DNA of 42,514 bases from Octopus sinensis (taxonomy: Eukaryota), in assembly GCF_006345805.1 (NCBI RefSeq), contig NW_021835800.1, positions 1-42,514 of the forward strand, given 5' to 3'. Shown here piece by piece: positions 36,516 through 42,514 of the stretch. Numbering within the stretch: position 1 is the first letter of the stretch; every line of letters begins with the position of its first letter. The notes beneath the pieces were generated by a model, which saw nothing but the letters and a program-made list of their open reading frames with translations, did no database searches and was not told the origin of the DNA. Both the position numbers and the translations under genes were made by a program.

Positions 36516-36554
<39 letters not shown>

Positions 36555-36600
36555 TGTGTGTGTTCGTGTGTGTGTGTGTGCGCGTGTGTGTGTGTGTGTA
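36080..36600. repeat. (CA)/(TA)/(TG) microsatellites
   Basis: Directly visible. Confidence 0.95.
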
Positions 36601-37234
36601 AGTGAAATAGTTATATATGACCCCGGTAGTTTAAAGAAGATCAACTTTAGTTAATTCTCACCTATTTCCGATCTGATAATGGTATTATATACGAGGACAA
36701 TTATATACGAGGACAATTTTGTGCTTTTTTTAAAAATTTTGTTTCTTTTTTGTTGTTGGTGGAAAAGATTTTTTTTTTTGTCTTTCGGTTTTTTTTTTTT
36801 TTTCGTTTTTGTTTTTGGGGAAGAATTGCTGCCAAAATTTTTCAGTCTATAATCTGAAGAATATTTAGATATTATCCTGGGAAAACGTTTGACATATTTC
36901 TCGAAAATTTTTCGAAATGTATGAAATATGTATTTATTTCTTGAGTGTATTCCAGAAACGGCTGAAATATTGTTAGAAGGAAACAAGCTATAAAATTCCT
37001 CAACAAAGGACTTGAAAATTAATCAAAGGAGCCTTTGTCCAATAAACTGTATTAAACTGTCTCAACTGATTCCCAGACAAATTAAATGCCAAACTTGTAT
37101 ATTCCTTCGAAAGTTCCTCTTCGAACTTTATATAGAAATAGACTTTTTTCCATCTTAGTGACTTCATTCACTGGGCGCTGGATATTATTGGCAATAGTTA
37201 ATTATATAGGCCATATTACTAGTAGAGTACATAT

Positions 37235-37492
37235 GGCGGCGTGCTGGCAGAAAGTATGGCGGCGAGCTGGCAGAATCGTTAGCACGCCGAGCGAAATGCT
37301 TAGCGGTATTTTGTCTGCCGTTACGTTCTGAGTTCAAATTCCATCGAAGTCGACTTTGCCTTTCATCCTTTCGGAGTCGATTAATCAAGTACCAGTTATG
37401 CACTGGGGTCGATGTAATCGACTTAATCCGTTTGTCTGTCCTTGTTTGTCCTCTCTGTGTTTAGCCCCTTGTGGGTAGTAAAGAAACAGGTA
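37235..37492 (+). mobile_element. SINE family B with duplicated 5' end
   Basis: ggcggcgtgctggcagaaa followed by ggcggcgagctggcagaatcgttagcacg...gtgggtagtaaagaaacaggta. Confidence 0.92.
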
Positions 37493-37519
37493 ATAATAAC
37501 AACAAAAAATTATAGTCCA

Positions 37520-37872
37520 TCCTGCTCAAAAGGTCCTTGAATAAGAGTTGTTTAAGGATGTTGAACAAAACACTCATGTTTCCAGAGGTAAATTATTCAA
37601 ACCCCAAAGAATTCCTCTCAACACATGGCTATGATGCTCCCCCACTACTTCTGTTCGTGATCAGAGATGCGCATATCATCAGCCACTAAAGGACATGGTG
37701 AACTGCTTTAAGGTCAAACAACTGACAAGCAAATCTGTGGTATTGAGCAGAATATTTGCTGTAGCACATCTTTTATACCAAGACAAAACAATGTACATGA
37801 TAACACTTCCAATCAGTTAAGATCAGAAGCCATGAGAGCCACTGTCTAGTACTGCATCAGGGCATTTATTAC

Positions 37873-37935
<63 letters not shown>
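37520..37935 (-). mobile_element. Unclassified interspersed-repeat relic abutting (TTA)n
   Basis: Resembles, from recollection only, an abundant Octopus repeat (aataataaatgccctgatgcagtac...); class not determined. Confidence 0.35.
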
Positions 37936-38309
37936 TCATCATCCTAGTGAATTTGAAAGACGGCAGGTGATTGTGGCAAAAACGACTAGGCCGAGTGGAC
38001 CCACACTAAGCATGCGCCTGTCGTCCGGAGATCACCAGATAGGCGAGGATTTGTGCCTTTGCCGATCAGGGTGACCCCTAATATGTAGGTTTCTTCGATT
38101 AGCTTTTCTTGGGCGTTCTCCTGTATCAGGAGGACTGCATCATTCGTGTATTCACACATTTCAGGACCCAAATATTATTTTCTCTCATTTCACTCTCCCT
38201 TTCACATTTTTTCCTCCCATCTTTTACGTTAACTTCTCCATACAAACTGTAAATTGTAAATTGTTCATATAATATGCGTTTCATTCGATGCCACAGTGAC
38301 AAAAAAAAA

Positions 38310-38330
38310 GAAATTATTATTATTATTAAT

Positions 38331-38386
<56 letters not shown>

Positions 38387-38408
38387 CATCATCATTATCA
38401 TCATCATC

Positions 38409-38485
<77 letters not shown>

Positions 38486-38580
38486 CATCCTTATCATTAT
38501 TATCATTATTATTATTATTATTATTATTATTAATATTATTATTATCATCATCATCGTCATCATCATCATCATCATCATTG

Positions 38581-38617
<37 letters not shown>

Positions 38618-38620
38618 TAT
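38310..38620. repeat. (ATT)/(ATC)n trinucleotide tract
   Basis: Directly visible; source of the poly-I, poly-M and poly-L ORFs. Confidence 0.97.
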
Positions 38621-39111
38621 CTTAACAAAATATGAATAATGTAACACTGGATATCAACAGTGTGTGAGTATATTTTTTAAAATCTTTTCCTTGACTCTAT
38701 TGCCTCACATCAGCTTCGCCGCATGGAGTCAGATCAAATCACTCTCCAAAACATGTCCAACTCAAGAAAAAAACCAAATAATTCTCTAAAATTTCCTTAT
38801 ATTTTAATATTTTTATATGCTCATTATTTTTGTATTTTATTTATGTAAAGATCTTCTAAAATATTCTCGGATAAAAAAAAATATTATTACTGATAATATT
38901 TCATACACCTGATAAAATTTCAGAACTAAATTTCAAAAATATTGCAAGAACAAGCCCTGAAGGATTTTAAGTTTTCAATAAAACTGCTTTTTGAAATAAA
39001 TTTTTTGAGGAAGTTTTCAGCTTCGTTACATTTCCGTTGAAGGAATTTCGAAAAATATTAGGCAAACGTCGATTTTCCTGTCAAAAATATTTAAATTTGT
39101 TGTAATATATA

Positions 39112-39580
39112 GGCTTAGGCATGGTTGTGTGGTTAGGGAGATCACTTTGCAGCCATATAGGTCCAGGTTCAATCCCATTGTGTGGTACTTTGCTTTGTCA
39201 ATGGGAATGATAGACGTATATATAAATATGTATACTCTTTTACTTGTTTCAGTCATTTGACTGCGGCCGTGCTGGAGCACCGCCTTTAGTCGAGCAACTC
39301 GACCCCAGGACCTATTCTTTGTAAGCCTGGTACTCATTCTATCGGTCTCTAAATTGCCTAACCGCTAAGTTACGGGGACGTAAACACACCAGCATCGGTT
39401 GTCAAACAATGTTGGGGGGACAAACACAGAAACACACATGCATATATATATATATATATACGACGGGCTTCTTTCAGTTTCCGTCTAACCAAGTCTACTG
39501 ATGAGGCGTTGGTCGGTCGGAGGCTATAGTGCAACAGTTTACGCAAGGTACCACGCAGTAGGACTGAACCCGGAATCATG
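39112..39580. mobile_element. SINE family A head (+, 39112-39192) facing a near-full-length family A copy (-, 39233-39580)
   Basis: ggcatggttgtgtggttag..ggttcaatccc; the minus-strand copy has tail, (TA)n and 5' half. Confidence 0.88.
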
Positions 39581-39595
39581 ACTACTCCTGTATTG

Positions 39596-39671
39596 ATAGA
39601 TAAATAGACAGACAGACAGGCAGGCAGACAGACGGACAGATAGACAGATAGATAGATAGAGAGATAGATAA

Positions 39672-39759
<88 letters not shown>

Positions 39760-39760
39760 C
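39596..39760. repeat. (CAGA)/(TAGA)n microsatellite
   Basis: Directly visible. Confidence 0.96.
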
Positions 39761-40227
39761 TACCAACACACAGTAGTAGCAATAATATACTATCATATTA
39801 TAGTAGCAGCAATACCCAGCCTTCCTCAGGTGTATCAACTCCTAAAATGGAAAGAATTATATGAATTTGCTATATTTTGGATTAATTGCTTAGAAGAGAT
39901 GCTAAGAATCCTCAGTTGGTCTCGGAATATTGATTTACTCAGAACTGCTGCATCGAAGCAATTCCTTTTTTAGAAAGTATCAGAAAAAAACAAAGGCACA
40001 TAGCCTATAGCTGTCTCGTTGACTAGAAGTTACTCTATGTAAAACTGCAGTTACCGAGGTGCTAAATTGTGGCCCACAACTTGGTAACATGTATACAAGC
40101 TGACAGGGTGAGCGTGCACACATACTCACACACCACGCGTGCATACGCGCACAAACATACACAGATACACACACATGCACACACACAAACATATATACAT
40201 ATATATATATATATATATTATATATAT

Positions 40228-40258
<31 letters not shown>

Positions 40259-40378
40259 ATTATAGTATATATAATCTTTACCGAATATGGTCATTTCCAT
40301 ACCGAAAAAACTACTTGTTGAAATTTATTAATTTTATTAAATTTCACCCCTTATGTGTATCGGATATATATATGTATA

Positions 40379-40443
<65 letters not shown>

Positions 40444-40485
40444 TCTTATTATATATATACAATATGTTACATTACTCGGTAGTCA

Positions 40486-40548
40486 AGATAAAACTCTGAG
40501 TTTCAGATGCCGAAGTGGAAATCCACAACACCATCTCTTCGGTCATCT
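40486..40548 (-). ncRNA. Hammerhead-like motif (U4C variant)
   Basis: AGATGA-CCGAAGA-GATG...CATC-T-GAAA-CTCAGAG-TT-TTATCT; 6-bp stem I, near-palindromic stem III, GUU triplet. Confidence 0.58.
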
Positions 40549-40810
40549 GGCTATTTGAAAACGTTATGAAAAAATACCGTTAAATAAAGGGAAATTACTC
40601 TGTTATAACTCTGCTTGCCTGCGTACTTATACATTGCTCGCATTTTTCGTCATAAAAATTATATAAAAATACATAAAAAATATATAAAAATATATAAAAA
40701 TATATAAATTCTATATATATATATGTATGTATGTATGTATGTATCTATGTATGTATGTATGTATCTATGTATGTATGTATGTATCTATGTATGTATGTAT
40801 GTATGTATGT

Positions 40811-40947
40811 ACGACGGGTTTCTTTCAGTTTCTATCAACCAGATCCACTCACAAGGCTTTGATCAAAAGACGAAGCACACAGTGGAACCGAACCCGGAAC
40901 TATGTGGTTTGGAAGCAAACTTCTTACCCCACAGCCACGCCTGCGTC
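40811..40947 (-). mobile_element. SINE family A, 5' half with internal deletion
   Basis: acgacgggtttctttcagttt...atccactcacaaggcttt...gaacccggaac...cttcttacc..cagccacgcctgcgtc. Confidence 0.88.
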
Positions 40948-40959
40948 TATAACATTAGT

Positions 40960-41739
40960 GCCGTTGCTGTTGTTGCTGTTGTTGTTGTTGGTGGTGTTAT
41001 CGCTGGTGTTGTTGCTTTTGCTGTCACCTTCAGTATTCCTGTTGTTGTTGCTGCTGCTGCTGTTGTTGTTGTTGTTGTTGTTGACAAAAAAATCCTCAAA
41101 AACTAATAAAAAAAAAATTCTCTTCCCGTTGGATGAGGACATTAATTCACGCCCTGCACACATCTCCTCTCTCAGCTGGAAGTTTCTAGAATAAAGGCAC
41201 TGATGTTCAATGGAGCGTGTCTTCTGCTCTGACTATTGTATTTGGCGCGAAATCCTACGCCATAATCATCACCGTCAGCCTCACCATCACCATCATCATC
41301 ATCATCATCATCAACATCATCATCATCAACATCATCATCTTTACTATCATTGGTGGCTGCGACGTTATTGTCGGTTATCATCTCAACTATAATGGTCGTC
41401 GTCGTCGTCGTCGTCGTAGTCGTTACCCCTGTCCCCATCACCATCTTCATCACCATCATCCTCATCATCTTCAGCAGCGGTGATATGGTCGTTATCTACT
41501 CCATCAGTGTTATTGTCGTTGCTGTCGTCATCATCACCGTCATCAATCATCCTCATTGATACTATTATCATAACCGTCGCTATCATCATCATCATCACCA
41601 CTACTATTGTCGTCGTCATCATCATCATCATCATCATCTTCATCATCATCACCGCCACTACCATTGTCGTCATCATCATCGTCGTCATCATCATCGTCGT
41701 CATTATCATCATCTTCACCACCACCACCATTACCACCAC

Positions 41740-41774
<35 letters not shown>

Positions 41775-41800
41775 CCATCACCTTCATCATCATCATCAGT
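40960..41800. repeat. (GTT)/(GCT) tract and (CAT)/(CGT)/(CAC) trinucleotide tracts
   Basis: Directly visible at about 40960-41085 and 41270-41800; source of the poly-D, poly-M, poly-I and poly-S ORFs. Confidence 0.93.
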
Positions 41801-42260
41801 CGCAGCAGCATCATAAAGCAAACTATAGAATCTCTCTTTGCAATCGTTGAGCAGCCAAGCCACCGCCACAAATCAGTTCCTTCAAATTAAAAAAAAAAAA
41901 GAAGCAGGGAATATTGAATACACAATTTAGTCATTGTTATAGTGTGCTTAGAAAATACTGGATGGCCACCTTTGGCACGCCTTTAATAATATTCATTTTC
42001 GATCATGTACGGCTTAAGACAAAACAACATCAGCAGCAGCACCGCCATATAGTCAATGGCACGCCAGTTGTGCCCGACAGATCTGTTCATACATAGTTTT
42101 ATGCCAACACTATGGTTAAGGGAAGACAACTCATTGGCGATCCCTACATCGTAAATTCATTTACAGTGATGAGGGTCTTACATATGTGGACGTATGTGAT
42201 ACAATTGAGTTTCAAAAATTCGAAAAAAGATTAATAAAGCAGGATTAAGTAAAAGCAAAA

Positions 42261-42514
42261 ACGCTATGTCGATGAGGTTTAATAAGACCGAAGCATGTCC
42301 ATTTTATTTTTTATATCAGTTGTTTATAAAGACAAAGGTCAGTCCAATTTGAAAACTTTGCCGATGAAAGTTAATAAGACTGATACGTGCATTTTTTATA
42401 TATCAATTGTTTATAGACACAAAATGTACTCCAATTTGAAAACTTTGCCAGTTAGTTTTAACATTACCGAAAGATATCTATTTTCCATATCAGATGTTTA
42501 TAAAGACAAAATTT
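42261..42514 (+). repeat. ~87-92-bp tandem repeat, each unit carrying a degenerate hammerhead-like motif; runs off the window end
   Basis: Cores at 42269, 42361 and 42448; shared spacers atatca(g/a)ttgtttata..gacaaa and tccaatttgaaaactttgcc. Confidence 0.8.

Noticed and set aside
36684-36719. Tandem attatatacgaggacaatt resembling a mariner TIR start
   Set aside because: No partner TIR or transposase remnant; a simple 18-bp duplication.
37986-38171. ORF with YTNDAVLL resembling an RT YADD motif
   Set aside because: Only one weak motif; no other RT blocks could be aligned by eye.
42261-42514. CRISPR-like interpretation of this or other regular repeats
   Set aside because: Eukaryotic context, spacers are homologous rather than unique, and there are no cas genes.

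Overview
Eukaryotic, AT-rich, non-coding-looking DNA, most likely an Octopus intron or intergenic region. The species is inferred from the recognisable tRNA-derived SINE families and the extreme microsatellite load, not proven. Almost all long ORFs in the supplied track are translations of microsatellites. No complete gene, tRNA gene, rRNA or CRISPR array is supported. One plausible 327-nt coding exon lies on the minus strand (12388-12714). The rest is SINEs (several families, some nested or dimeric), Tc1/mariner relics (including a mariner/DD36E chimera), a hAT MITE, an R4-like LINE tail, two Penelope-like (PLE) coding relics and several fold-back inverted repeats. The most notable signal is about ten dispersed minimal type I hammerhead-ribozyme-like motifs, each with a self-complementary stem III, as known for PLE termini. 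One has a fully canonical core (2061-2167). One sits in the loop of a 338-bp fold-back. At least five share the same core change (CUGA to CCGA, U4C). The window ends in a roughly 90-bp tandem repeat whose units each carry a degenerate hammerhead. Ribozyme activity and novelty cannot be established from sequence alone.
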